63,998 bases of DNA, filler included, from Asterionella formosa (GCA_002256025.1; 5 parts of 5 records of this genome joined end to end with filler, not necessarily neighbours in it), one strand, 5' to 3'. Counted from the first letter of the whole stretch, positions 39,059 to 51,426 are shown. Notes: generated from the sequence alone by a model not told the origin. Translations and numbers: made by a program.

Positions 39059-39828
39059 ATGCCACGCTCTAGTGGTGGCCATCTTGTTTCCGAAATTGGA
39101 ACTGGTGGACATGGAGGTCGAAATGTCATCAGCCATGAAAATCAGAATTGGTGGTCATTGTCATCAACATCCTCCCTCTCCCCCCCCCTTCTCCCCACAA
39201 TTAAAGCGACTAAACAACAACAGAAACAACTACCATCTGAACAGCAGAACAGGAACCACTTTATTGACTGTAATTCATTCGTCACCAGATTGCTGAATAA
39301 CAATGTGATTTGCAAGAGTAGTGTAAATGCATATGTCAAAGAATATTGTAAACAAACAGTACAAGACTTTGTAACTTACCTTCATAGTGATAGTGCCTAT
39401 CACATTAGACTAAATCAGAAATCTAAATCCTTCTTGGAAAAAGCGTTTCTATCCACGGAAATCCCATACATCCCGCAACCATTGATTATTGTGGCTGTCC
39501 TACGCGAACTAAGGGTTGGCAAGCGAAATACAAATCACCTCTCTGACCTGTCAGAAAGTGATAGCTAAACTTGAATCTGCAAGAAGCGATAACACCAAAG
39601 ACAATGGTGAGGTAACAAATAAGGAAATTGAAGCAAAACACTTTTCAATCAACCAACAGTTTATTTTGGGTTGTCACGAGGCGGGATTGGGACCTGGAGA
39701 TGCAGACATCATTTGTTCTGCAATGAACTTACCGATTCCAGTTGGGTACTGGTCAACGCAAGGGAACTTCTGTGCTGTTGAGAAGCTTGTTGGGAAAGCC
39801 TAACTGGAAACAACAACTCTTGCGATGC
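39059..39828 (+). pseudogene. 5' fragment of Kolobok/Mutator-like transposase (paralog of 8493-9230)
   Basis: SGGHLVSEIGTGGHGGRN and ESARSDNTKDNGEVTNKEIEAKHFSINQQFILGCH nearly match the 8454 and 8963 ORFs; similarity stops at ~39828. Confidence 0.85.
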
Positions 39829-40208
39829 GGCCCCGGCTTAACCCTAGTTTGGAGAAATAATCGCTAGGGTTGTAAAATTGACGTGGAACGGGGAATTTGT
39901 TTCTGTGTATTCCCATAATGCAAGGATCTGTTTAAATATTTAAACTAAGCAGAAAATGGCGCCACAATGATACATAGAGTTCCATTTCAAATAAAATGAA
40001 TACGTTTATGTTATATCTGCATTGCTCGATGTACATATAATTTTACTCCCCTCCAGAACACATGAATATGCTCATACTACTAGAGCTATAATATACCTTG
40101 GGCATGTAGTCATCCTGCTTCTTTAAAACAATTGTTCTCCTTCGAGCAAAAAATACCGTCGAACGCACAACGCCACAATCAACCACGAGTTCTGTTGGAT
40201 CACCCATA

Positions 40209-40613
40209 GTGAATCCGAGAATCCTCTTCCATACAATCATGTTCCGTGTCCTACTTGTGTTGAGCGTGTCATTGTTGAATCCGAAGTTGCAGGCTGTTGG
40301 GAATCGCATATTCTGTGAATGCTGTGACTTCGCATGCCCAGAGTGTCAATGTCGATGGGACGAGATGGAGGAGTTAGTTAAGCAATACATGGAGACAGAG
40401 TTGGTTCAGCTTCTTCGACTTGACGAAGATGCTATCACGCCGGGTCAAGGAAGAAACCTAATAAACAAGTTTATTGTCAAGACATTCTGTGGCTCACTTG
40501 GTAAAGGCATCTGGAAAGAACTTCCAGATTGTTGCCTGAAGGGGGTTTGTTCGCTTCTCAAGAATAAGGATCCCAAAGACGAGTACACTGGTTACCAAGC
40601 AACCAGTGTCTAA
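40209..40613 (+). CDS. P2X7 C-terminal (ballast)/KolX-like Cys-rich protein
   Basis: CECCDFACPECQCRW...FCGSLGKGIWKELPDCCLKGVCSLL...EYTGY resembles the GxLGxxxRxxLPxC...YxG[FY] signature; first ATG at 40239. Confidence 0.6.
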   Translation: MNPRILFHTIMFRVLLVLSVSLLNPKLQAVGNRIFCECCDFACPECQCRWDEMEELVKQYMETELVQLLRLDEDAITPGQGRNLINKFIVKTFCGSLGKGIWKELPDCCLKGVCSLLKNKDPKDEYTGYQATSV

Positions 40614-40954
40614 AAGGATTAAACATAGTAGAAAATGAATGTTTGTCAGCTATTAATTTTGTTAGTTTATATTTGAAGTTGTCAATACATTTTCGTCATA
40701 GCATTTAAAAAAATATTCTATCATGTTCAATTGTATCAATGAGTATTCGAATATTTAAATATTTCAATCATAGGAAATAATGAACAATTAGAATCCTCAT
40801 TAACTTATTACATCATTACTACGTTTCAAAACAATAAACAATCATGACAAGATCAGGTAAGAACTGAACTCGTCTCCATTTCTCGATTATAAATGGCGAC
40901 AAAGCATGCTGCAGTCGAAACGAAACTGTTGATGATACCAATTGGTTTGATGAA

Positions 40955-42272
40955 ATGGTAAATGGTGCACCTCCACCTCCACCAATAACTCTGAATGGAC
41001 ATTGTTTACTTTCTATTCATTCTCTTCAACAGTTTCCACAAACCAACAGTAGCTGTGTCAAATGCAATCAAAAGTTAAGATCACAATCGTATGAAAATGG
41101 TTACAAACAAGGAATGGCAGATTTGCAAACATACCTGTGTCAACAATCTCATGTTAAAAATCAATAGAAGATAAATACAATTAATTCATTGAAAGCCATG
41201 AATTCATCTACAGCACTGAGTTGAAATCTCCTTCACAGACTCAAAGGTTGATTGTCGATGAGGATGTTAGTAAAATTCTCGGCATTGCAAGCCGGATTTC
41301 AATTACCTGTGGATTTTGTGATGATAAAAAGTAAATTGAACTTATGATTTGCAAAACAAAAGAAGGAATTCATGAAAAAGGCGATCAATTGGGACACTTT
41401 GCAATCAACAACATGTTCGTTCTTGGATTTCGGTTGATGCAGATATAGTATGTTCGTCCCTTTCCTTTCCTTTGCAGAATGGCTACTTTAACAGGAAGGG
41501 AAAGTTTTGGCGAAGCTGAAATTGGTGTAACAGATTATTCAATGAGACAGGCAATGAAGGAGGAGGTATGTGTTACTCTGGATGTACATGAACGTCATGC
41601 CTGGGCTAATACCAGGAAAGACTATTCTTGGTGGAAAAATCTTGGCGAAGCAGTACGGCGTGTTATCCCGGAAAACATGCCAAGACTAACAGTAAGTTTT
41701 GATATGGGCTGGCAGCAGCGCTCCAGTGGTAAATTTAATTCGAATAGCGGGCATGCTTTTTGTATTGGGGGCTATTCAAAAAATACTAGATTACTGTGTG
41801 AAATCTAAGGTATGCAAAACTTGTGACTATGCCGCCTGGCGGTTAACATCAGCCGAGCATAATTTTTGCTCTAAGAATCAACTATTTGGTAGTTCGAAGT
41901 CGATAGAATTCTGACTCCGGGGTAGAAATGGTGAGTAAGGCAGTCGATAAGTATCAAGTCTTCTACTCTACAAAGGTTTGCGATGCCGATTCAAGCATTA
42001 CTAGAGCAAACTGCAAATGGTACTACAAAGATTTACTACTAAAAAATTCATTGTTTGAATGGCCAAGAAGCAACAACGGCTCCAAAAAGGCAAACCATGG
42101 ATGCCTTGTTCCATTGCATCATGTCAAAGAACCGATTTTTCTATCAGACCCCTCCCAACGAGTTCGCGTCTTACTACGCCCCTGTTTCTTTAAGTCAAGA
42201 GGCCCAAAATGCAAATTATCAAAAGCCGACTGCCTGCGGCTGAAAATCTATTATGGATGCTTCATGTTGTAG
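40955..42272 (+). mobile_element. Second decayed Kolobok/Mutator-like transposase (divergent subfamily)
   Basis: LTVSFDMGWQQRSSGKFNSNSGHAF, VKSKVCKTC, GSSKSIE, VCDADSS, LSDPSQRVR; colinear with 9360-9950. Confidence 0.82.
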
Positions 42273-42680
42273 CCATTGGTTTGCGATGTTTGGCTGGTGG
42301 CAGTTACATCGACATTGCTTCACTTTATCGATGTTGTGATTTGTTCATTGATGCTGTACTAAACTGTGAAGAACTTAAGAAAAAGCAGATTTATCAAATT
42401 GGCTTACAGCTTTGAATGAAAAATCTCCAAGGGCTTGATAAGAGGATGTGTCAGTGCTATTGACGGCTTCCTAGCCAAAATCAACAGCCCAACTTAAGTT
42501 GAAAGTGGCAACAACCATGGTTCATTTTTTCCGGCCACAACATGACTTATGGAATCAATGTCCAGGCTGTTTGTGATGCTGACTCACAATTTCTTTATTC
42601 TGGTTTGATTGCACCAAGAAAATGCATTGAATAAGTAGCTTTTGAATGACAATCCATTTTTGATCGAATTGCAGCCATCT
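42265..42680 (+). pseudogene. PIF/Harbinger (HARBI1-like) transposase fragment
   Basis: IGLRCLAGGSYIDIA, GCVSAIDGFLAKINSP, SGHNMTYGINVQAVCDADSQFLY. Confidence 0.85.
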
Positions 42681-42761
42681 GTAAATAAAAAACCGTTGGG
42701 CCTAACAGTTTTGCTGTAAGACCAACTGCCCCAAAAATTCTCAGTATGACGTATTATTTTT

Positions 42762-42850
42762 TGATTGATCATACAAAAAAACTGATTGATCATACAGAAT
42801 TACTGATTTATCATACAGAAATACTGATTGATCATACAAAAACTGATTGA
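42762..42850 (+). repeat. Minisatellite, ~20-bp unit ACTGATTGATCATACAGAA, about 4.5 copies
   Basis: Directly visible tandem units. Confidence 0.85.
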
Positions 42851-43254
42851 TATCAACTAACGTTTTGGTGTTCGATCTAAAGATAGTAATCGTGAGATCA
42901 AATCAGTTATTCATTTGGTCTTACCTTTGGAATGCTAATATCAAATAGAATTTTTAGCTTTCGATCTAATGTTCATTACTGCTGATCTAACTTATTTCTC
43001 TCCTTGATCAAACCTATTATCATGTTCGATCAATGATGAACACAAATCGAATTAAATGGGTTGCTATTTAATACTCAAATATTCTACTTCTGGTCACCAT
43101 TACTTTCCACTGTGCATCCTCTATCAGAATGAGCACACAGTGGTCTTCAATACCTTAATTTTCACTTCCGGTAGCCATGTTTAGATCATTGCCTTTTCAA
43201 AATGAAATGAGAGAGTAAACGAAATTGATGATGCTTTATTCGAACCTCTACTAT

Positions 43255-43695
43255 TGCGAATGGCAGCAAGTCACATTCTCCAATGTTCTTGTACGAATTT
43301 CCTGTAAGAGATAATAACAACAATGTTAGCAAAACTGTTGCATCAAGCAAGTAAGCAACAAGGCATCTAAACAAAGATATGTGCAATGAAACGATCACAT
43401 GAACAATCCATCACTCCAATTTCCGTATGAGCAGGCAATGTGCATATAACTTACCTGTGCTCTCATGGTTGATTGTTGCTTCCATTAAGAACGGTAGCAA
43501 GCCACATTCTCCAAGGTTCCTGTATGATTTTGAGGAGATAATATCAATGTAAGAAAAAGTGTTGCAACGATTAAAGCATCTCCAGCCACACATTTGCCAT
43601 GAACTGATGACATAAACAATCTATATAACTTCACGTTCCAATCCACATAACAAGCATCAAATGAGAGTATAGTAACTTACCTATGCTCTCACTAT
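43255..43695. repeat. Diverged tandem duplication, ~230-bp period
   Basis: GCAAG.CACATTCTCCAA.GTTC.TGTA.GA at ~43267 and ~43497; TAACTTACCT.TGCTCTCA at ~43447 and ~43673. Confidence 0.7.
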
Positions 43696-44629
43696 TGATT
43701 GATGGGTGACAGGTAGCGTTGTTAACCCTCACATCTGCATATATGGAAGGGAAAGATGTTATTAATGTCGAAATCATAATTAATGGACACAGACACTACA
43801 AAGCCTCTGCAGCATCGTGCACAAACATATTAAGTGCAGTTTCTTACCTCGTAATTTGGTTGATTTTTATCGTTCGTCCTGAGGAAGTGTAGAAACTTTG
43901 AGTGGTGCGTAGCAGCGCACACGAACAGCGATACAATTTTATAGTTTGCTTCCGGTCTCACACGGTACCGATCATAAGCCCCTTGGTAGCCACAGTTGAG
44001 AAGCAAAACAATCATAAAACTTACCTCTTCTCACCGGTTGGTTTGATACCGGTAAAAGGGTCTCTATCACCATTCCCTCATCAGTTTGTTATGTGGAATA
44101 GAATGCATTGCCGGCATGAATTTTTCAACAATATCTCAACATTTCCTCTTCTTCAAAAAGTGTGTATAACATACATTTCTGTATGTCTAGTAACTTTTTC
44201 GAAGGAACATTTAATACCCTCCTACCAGTATGTATGATTAGATAAAATATACAAGACTTAGACGAAATGGTGTGTTCTGAAAAAAACTATTGACAAGCTT
44301 GGAAACATCTGCACATATTCTTGATCATGTGCTCGACTTCATAATCATGTGATTAATGAGAGGATAATTGAAAACGAGATTTTGGATGATCATCAAATAG
44401 TTACAAAGACAATTCCGGTAAGTTTGTCACCCCTTGGTTGGGCTTTTTAACAACTGTGGAACCGTTGTGTATGTTGCCAGGAAGCTTTGTGATGCGAGAT
44501 GTGATTCTTACCAGATTTCTAACATTGCGCTGCTTGCATCTACCTCCTGTCAATATAGAGAGGAGAAGGAAAGAATTACATGAAACAAATTTAATGTAGA
44601 CAAAAAAATAATTTATTCATTGAGTGGAT

Positions 44630-46310
44630 TTAATGTGATGTTTCACCTTCTGAAAGTAGATGAAAATAGTGATCCTGCTTTCTCTTGCATATCGTAATTT
44701 CTAACAGAGCTTGAACTTCATCAGAATCTTCGGAGTCATTCCAATGATTTTCCAACCCTTCCAAATCCTTCCGAGCATTCTTGAGACGACTTTTATAGAG
44801 ATCCAGAACATCTAGGATCTCTTTTTCTCGTCTTGGTGCTGCTGAAGACTGAAGCACTTGAAGTTTCACTGCATTCACTCCTTCACAAGAACACTCTAAC
44901 GCATTTGCCATATGTACCATAGAAGAGGAATGATTGGATGAAGGAGATGAACATTTTCATTTCTTTGAGTCAACGTTCTTCGATGATAAGGACGACAATT
45001 TAGCGCTATCAGTAATTTTATGGAATGATGATGTTGGAAGCAAAGGAACAGCATAATTGAGAAGGTGAGGAACTTGGCACAACCATGAATGGTAGTAATA
45101 TATATAAGGTCGGCTTCCAACAAAGTTAACAAAGTCATCATAACTTCCTGACTTTTTCTTGTTCCTGTATGCAATTTGGTAAAGATAGTCAATGTACCCC
45201 ATTGCCATAGAAAATTTGACAGAAAACAGAGCATCATACGTCTTTGGGTAATAACTGTCTATCCCCGCCATTAGTTCCCAATAAGGATCTTGTGAAAAGG
45301 CAAGATCATCGCTCTCATCATTGTCATCATCAAGGAATGTAGTTATGAGTCTATCGAAAATTTATTTGTGTTTGAATTTTCTTGTATCCAGTTTGGCCAT
45401 GGTTGGAGGCTGACCAAGCATCAACACATCACTTCTGTAATGTTCACACATGTACACATTGATGACACAAAAGTATGTGCGGGCACAGGTGGCACTGCCT
45501 GCCTGGAGGAGTTGATTTTACTTTTTCTTTTTGTTGCCATCTTTGAAACAGGAGGAGGAATAGGCAATGATTTTTTATCAACATCACTGCTAGTATGCGA
45601 ATTAAGAACAAAGTCACCAGGGCGGTCTTTGTCTGCTTCGTCTGTCTTCCCTTTCTGTGAATCAGAGTCCATATCCACATTGCCGTGAATCTTTTCTTCA
45701 TCTTCAATTGTAATAGATTCATCATAATTGTTGTTGTTATTGTTATTGTGGATATCGATTACTTCATTATAAGTCATCATAGGAGGGTATAGTTGACCGA
45801 CCAGCCAGTCTCTTTCAGTAAACAAATAATTAAGGAAATACTAAAATCCTTCTTGCCATTTCTGTTTTGTGACACTTTAAATCTCTCCCAAATTTTTCGA
45901 AGGACCTTGACAGATAGTATGTGTTTTATGTCAACTCCTTTTATATGAATCAATCCCAGCACACTTTCATCCAGAATAAAGTCATCTGGTACTATGAGCG
46001 AGTTGATGAACTCATCAATATTGGCTAGACCCTTTAGGAAAGGGTTTTCTCTTTTCAATAAGACCCATCTTGTCAATCTTGGCTGGAACAGCAGATGGAG
46101 GTTTCCTCTTTTCAGGTGGACTAATCTTGTCAATGTTGACTGGAACAGCAGTTGGAGGTTTCATCTTTTCAGATGGACCCATCTTGTCAATGTCGGCTGG
46201 ACCAGCAGTAGACAACTCAACAAAATCTTCGACCCCATCAATGGTGGCTGACCATTCTTTTCCAAAATGGGAATATCGGCAGCATCAGAAGTTTCAGCTA
46301 CATCCATCAC
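44630..46310 (-). pseudogene. Probable Harbinger second ORF (accessory DNA-binding protein), frameshifted
   Basis: Chain of minus-strand ORFs (IDKM..EKRKP repeats; LSVKVLRKIWERFKV; KKSGSYDDFVNFVGSRPYIYYYHSWL; coiled-coil end) lying between a Harbinger transposase and a Harbinger-like terminus. Confidence 0.5.
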
Positions 46311-46499
46311 TTGGCTGAGATGTAGTCTCGATTATGGGAAAAAAGTATAGAGACAAGCGGACTACTGATTCTTGTTTGACTGACAAAGCTTAAAGGTAGT
46401 GTGCTGTATAAAGAGTAGATGTATAATAAAACATTTAGTTGGCGCAATATTTATTAGTCTTGTGGCTGCTTGCGTATCTACAGTTATTTTATCAGTGCC

Positions 46500-46714
46500 A
46501 ATGGATGTGATACACAGCTTTCAACAGCTGTATCACTGATACACCATTTGTCAGGGATCTAAAAGCTGTATCAGTGATACACCCATGATACACCGGTGAT
46601 CAGACCAAAAAACCATTGGTGATACACAAAAAAACCAAACTGCCATTTTTGTATAATATTGTGGAGATGATACATCAATGATGACCAATGACAGAATGAT
46701 AAGAACGGCCCTAA
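46500..46714 (-). mobile_element. Harbinger-like terminus with TGATACAC subterminal repeats
   Basis: AAGAACGGCCC|TAA at 46701-46714 (reads GGGCCGTTC inward; TAA is the Harbinger target); five TGATACAC plus inverted TGTATCA copies in 46508-46630. Confidence 0.55.
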
Positions 46715-46759
46715 AATACTGGCATACTGCTTTTGAGACATGAGTCCACCGGGCGGGGG

Positions 46760-46813
<54 letters not shown>

Positions 46814-46899
46814 CGGGGGGCGGGGGNNNNNNNNNNCCCAAAATACTTGTATACAGCTTTTTTTTCATTAGTCCCCCCACCCCCCCCCCCCATCTTGCA

Positions 46900-48730
46900 A
46901 AAAGCACATGCTACAAGCAAATGTTCACAAATACAATCTTGTACATAATGAATATCAACTTCTCCACGCCTCTCCATCAGCTCCTCCACTTCACTTTCAG
47001 TTTCCTCTGATACTGATACACATTCTTCATCACCTACTTGTTTAAACCCACATGCTTTAAACCATTTTTTGAATTGTTTCAGTCGTGACACTTCCCCAGG
47101 ATGTAGCTATAAACTTCATCGCCTCAATAACCTGCAATTTATAATCCAGATCTGCTGCATGTTCTCCCATTTCAATAAATCGTAATAACTGCAAAACTTG
47201 GTGCTTACAGGAGAGAGCTTTTACACTTCTAATGATTCCAGCATCCAAAGGTTACAACAATCTTGTTAAATTTGGAGGGAAAATTGAATCTTTACATGTA
47301 TTGGCCTTGAGCTTGTCTCTCTTCATCAACAATGTGGACAGGGGTGTTATCCAAGAATAAAAGAATCTTCCTGTTCTGTGAAGCTATGTATGCATTCAAA
47401 TCCAAAAGATACTCATTGAAAATAGGATTTGTCATTTAAGCTTTGCTACTTGACTTGTACACAGCTCCAAGGCCGCTCAAATCAATGTTTCGAAAACAAC
47501 GAGGCTTCTTGAATTTCCCAATTATGAGCGGCTGCAGCTTTTCCTTTGGTAATTTTCCTCCTTTGCATGATTTTGATACTTTATTGAGAGTTGAATTTGG
47601 GAGAGCATGATAAAAGTATCCAGTACCATCCATGTTGAAAATGTTGGCTGGAGTATATCCATCACACAAACTAGCCAAGAAAGCTTTCCATTCTTCAGCC
47701 TTATCAATGTCTACATTCCCAGACTCTGCCTCCACAAATAGCATAGGATTTGACATTGTGTCTCTTCTTTCATGTTTCAAGCCAGCCATTAGATGCCTTA
47801 AAATTATGATCTTCCTTAAATGCTTTGGCAATCGACAAATCTTTACTTTGTAGGATGATGGGTCCACTAATTGGATATCCAGTTGTGCGAGCAGTGCAAA
47901 ACCATCTCCACAATACTGTGTTGATTTCTGTTCCACTATAAAGGCGAGCCATTTTCAATGATTGCATCGATTTTCCTTCCATCAGTTAGTCATCCTGCTT
48001 TTTCTTTGATTTTTGAACAGTTCCAATGCTTATGCCAAGTTTAAAAGCAACCATTCCCTTCACCAAGAAACTTCATTGCCGCTAACTTTGCATCAATGGA
48101 AACACTTTTACGCTTTAACTTCATTTCCGACATGCTCTTTACAACTCCTTCAGTTCCCAATGGCGATGATGTCTGAGTCTTGGAGATTGTAATAAGTAAA
48201 AGAATTGAAGCAAATGGACAAGAAACGGTCAAACTTCCTTTCAGTAAAGTATAACTAAAATTTATTATCAAAGGTTCATGAACAACAAGTACTAATGTCA
48301 CGAGTGGTGATACTATGTACCAGATACCACCAGATCATTGCTAAGCAAGCTGATGTGGTAGGTATACTACTAATGCTTCTATTACTGTGCTTGCGTAAGC
48401 ATGTATTTTTGTATGCGTAAACAAGTGAGATGATTCTCCCAGTAGTACTGAAGAATTGTCAGTCCACAGCAGTGATTTGAGATGATCAAAGCATGCAAAA
48501 CAAGGAAAAAACTACTGGCTCAAACTGAGTGCAGACGGTCCGGTGCTTGTTTTTACCTTACACAGAGGTCAGAATAACCAATTTTTCAGCAAAAGTGTAT
48601 CCAAGTGTATCTAATGGAGGGTGTATCTTATATAGAGGGTCCTTTGCAAGGATATCCAAATTGGAGGCGCTTCATTAAGAAAAGTATATCTTAATATAGA
48701 GGGTGTATCCTATAGGGAGGTTTCACTGTA
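46900..48730 (-). mobile_element. pogo/Tigger DNA transposon relic (CENP-B HTH + DDE transposase)
   Basis: MKLKRKSVSIDAKL, LWRWF..R..GYPISGPII, FKASNGWLE, NIFNMDGTG, PLIIGKFKKPRCF, LDAGIIRSVK; terminus TA|CAGTGAAACCTC at 48730 on the minus strand with AGGGTGTATC subterminal repeats. Confidence 0.92.
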
Positions 48731-49175
48731 CTGTTTTTGAGGTATGAGTTCACCAACCTCCCCCCCCCCCTCTTGTAAAAAGCGTGCTACAAACTGTCCC
48801 TCATGTTTCGTTCTGTCTACTGCTGTTGGCACGCACCCTCTTGAAACAGGGCATCCCATCACCTATGATGGTAAAAGTTGACCTGTACTTCAACTACTCT
48901 CATCGCCAGAACCAAAAAATGATTACAATACAACAGGGAGGAAGGACTTTGTTTGCCTTAGAATGATGAGTGATTCTCTTTGTATCGACCTTTTTTGATT
49001 GGTTCTAAAGTAAAACACTTGAGTTTTCAGCATTTTGATCGAAAATCATTTCCGTTCTAATCTATTTACCATTTTAAGTATAAACAAGCAACTGTAATTG
49101 ATGTATGAAGCACTCTTGTGTACTGGTGTAAAAACAACACAAATGCACTCGAATTATTTCATATTTGCTCGTCGC

Positions 49176-49859
49176 TCATGCACACGTTGCCCATGATTTA
49201 TGTATAGCAGCAGTCGCACCATACCAAATCTTCAACAAGCTCTCCTTTGTCGGATGATATTCCTTCTTATTACTACTATGATGTCGTAGTGCTAGTGCAT
49301 CACTGCGAATGAGTGCAAGTGTACGCAATTGCATTCCCTTCCATTGAATCATGTCCATGCGCATGGAGCTAATTTCTCGTTCCAGCGTCTTGATAGTACT
49401 GCGGAGAGCGGTGACTTGGCTTTTGGTCTGAACGACGGCAAGTCTGGTTGAGTACTTGGTGATTAGTCGGTCAATGAGGCCATTTAGTTTCTTCTCTTCC
49501 TTGGCTTGCTTCTCGACAATGGAATTCTCTCTGGCTAGTTTGTGTTGAAGTTCTCTAATCTTTGCTTTTATTTCTTGCAATATGGGAGAGTGTACTAATA
49601 CTAATGATGATGCTGATGATGATGCTGATTGTGATTGTGATTGTGATTGTGATTTTGATTTTGATCGTGATCGTGATCGTGATTCTTGTAGCAACCAATG
49701 GCGGGAAGGGATGAAGTGAATCTGCTCAAGTTGCTTGGCCCATCGAACGCGCTTCTTTCCAGCTTTGTTGAACGTCGTCAAGGCTTCGGCGTCCTTGTTG
49801 ATGGACCGGACAGTGAAGCTGGAGGTGGAAAGGTCCGGAGAAAGTATTTGCCGTTTCAT
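49176..49859 (-). CDS. Hypothetical coiled-coil protein with RVxW motif and SR/SQ repeat
   Basis: Intact 227-aa ORF: KKRVRW, SRSRSRSKSKSQSQSQSQ, heptad-rich C-terminal half. Confidence 0.6.
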   Translation of the reverse strand: MKRQILSPDLSTSSFTVRSINKDAEALTTFNKAGKKRVRWAKQLEQIHFIPSRHWLLQESRSRSRSKSKSQSQSQSQSASSSASSLVLVHSPILQEIKAKIRELQHKLARENSIVEKQAKEEKKLNGLIDRLITKYSTRLAVVQTKSQVTALRSTIKTLEREISSMRMDMIQWKGMQLRTLALIRSDALALRHHSSNKKEYHPTKESLLKIWYGATAAIHKSWATCA

Positions 49860-51326
49860 GATATTTTGTTGATTGGGAATGGGCGGCGCGGCGGGGCATT
49901 TGTTTCGTTATGAGAAGTGAAGAAAAGAAGGAGTTCTGTTCTATTATTCGTAAACTTAGTCGTGTTTCATAGCTCAACACGGGTCTTTCAGTAATGATGA
50001 TACTATTATAGCAGTCACAGCACATATTTATCGTATGAACTATCAATTGTTGTTTATTGGTATGTACCATCTCTACGACGCGGCAAACAATGTGACACTC
50101 GTCCACAGGCATCAATAAGGTGGGTTTGAAGGGTATAGTCCGAATTCGAATTTATTGATTGAATGACAATATGTACGTATCTATCATACCAGGTACTCAA
50201 GTGTCCGACGGGGTATGTAGAAGTGACAAATTAAATTAAGACACATGATGACGAAGCCATGACGATGAGGGACCCTAACGGGTACAGCCCATTGACTCTT
50301 GGAAATGTTATTGTCAAATTAACTAGCATACCGCATCCTTGTTAATGAAGGTGAAGCTATCCTGCCAATCAGAATATGGCATGGGATAGGTGTACATATC
50401 ATACTCTGTGTCCATCATAATTAAATTCAAATCTACTGGTAAATCACTCCTGCAGTCATTCGGTTTTTCTGGAAATATTACTCAATTGGATGTGCAGGGT
50501 GAGGCACTGACTGGAACGGACGTGCTTCCTCGAAGAAGCCATATTTATCATACCTCGCAGACAAAGGTCTGTTTCACGTAGGTCATCAATGGGTCCTGTT
50601 TTCATATCAAGAACAGTACAATGATTGAGCATGTCGCTGGAGCGATGTTCGGGACATTACAACGTCGGGAACAACCATTCTTTTGTTGCGCACTTACCGG
50701 TACGATGTCAACATTCATTACCTGAGCCATTAGATATTGGAAAAGTTCAAAACGAGGCAACTTTACCGGTAGTATGATGTAACAGCGCTAGTGCTGGGGA
50801 AGAGGGGCATACTGCACATAGGTCAGAGACATCAGTCGACAATGACGAGAGATCGAAAGTGCCTGGTACTAGGTACTCCTACTTCCAAGCTATTGTCACT
50901 CCAACGCTCTAGACTGGTAACTATCTACACTTTACTTGAGTGAATTGTACTCCTGAGAATTAGCAGTTTTGACACTTAGTAGACAATGGTTTTGACCAGT
51001 TTCTACATCAGGCAAATGAAGGACCCGAACTACCGGTATTAGAGCATTCGTTTCATCTGGTCTTGAATATCCTTGCATACAGGCACATGCCTGTAGCATC
51101 GCTGCACTGGAACAACTTAGCTAAGAGTAGAAAGAACAGCGAAGAGGGAAATGGTTTGCAGTCAAACCGAAAATGTAACAAAGGCTGTCGTTTCGCATAG
51201 TAGTCCCTCCTATCGTCCTTTCTTCGTCGCGGTAGCAGCATTAGCTAGCATTCTTCTTTGCTGCAACATTAGTTCGCTTTCTTTTCTTGTCGCCGTTCGT
51301 TGAGTTCTCCATGGTTGACTTTATCG

Positions 51327-51426
51327 NNNNNNNNNNNNNNNNNNNNNNNNNNNNNNNNNNNNNNNNNNNNTTAATTAATTAANNNNNNNNNNNNNNNNNN
51401 NNNNNNNNNNNNNNNNNNNNNNNNNN
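51327..51426. other. Artificial scaffold linker
   Basis: 44 N + TTAATTAATTAA + 44 N. Confidence 0.97.

Noticed and set aside
39838..39847. Telomeric repeat or piggyBac end (TTAACCCTAG)
   Set aside because: Single unit, not tandem; identity with the second copy extends past TTAA and no piggyBac transposase is adjacent.
25741..39888. A single 14-kb transposon bounded by the two shared termini
   Set aside because: The copies lie on different scaffolds separated by a linker and point outward, not inward.
42762..42850. CRISPR-like array
   Set aside because: Units are adjacent with no unique spacers and no cas genes are present; a plain minisatellite.
46551..46948. Poly-Pro / poly-Gly ORFs
   Set aside because: Produced by a G homopolymer next to an N run; likely sequencing or assembly artefact.
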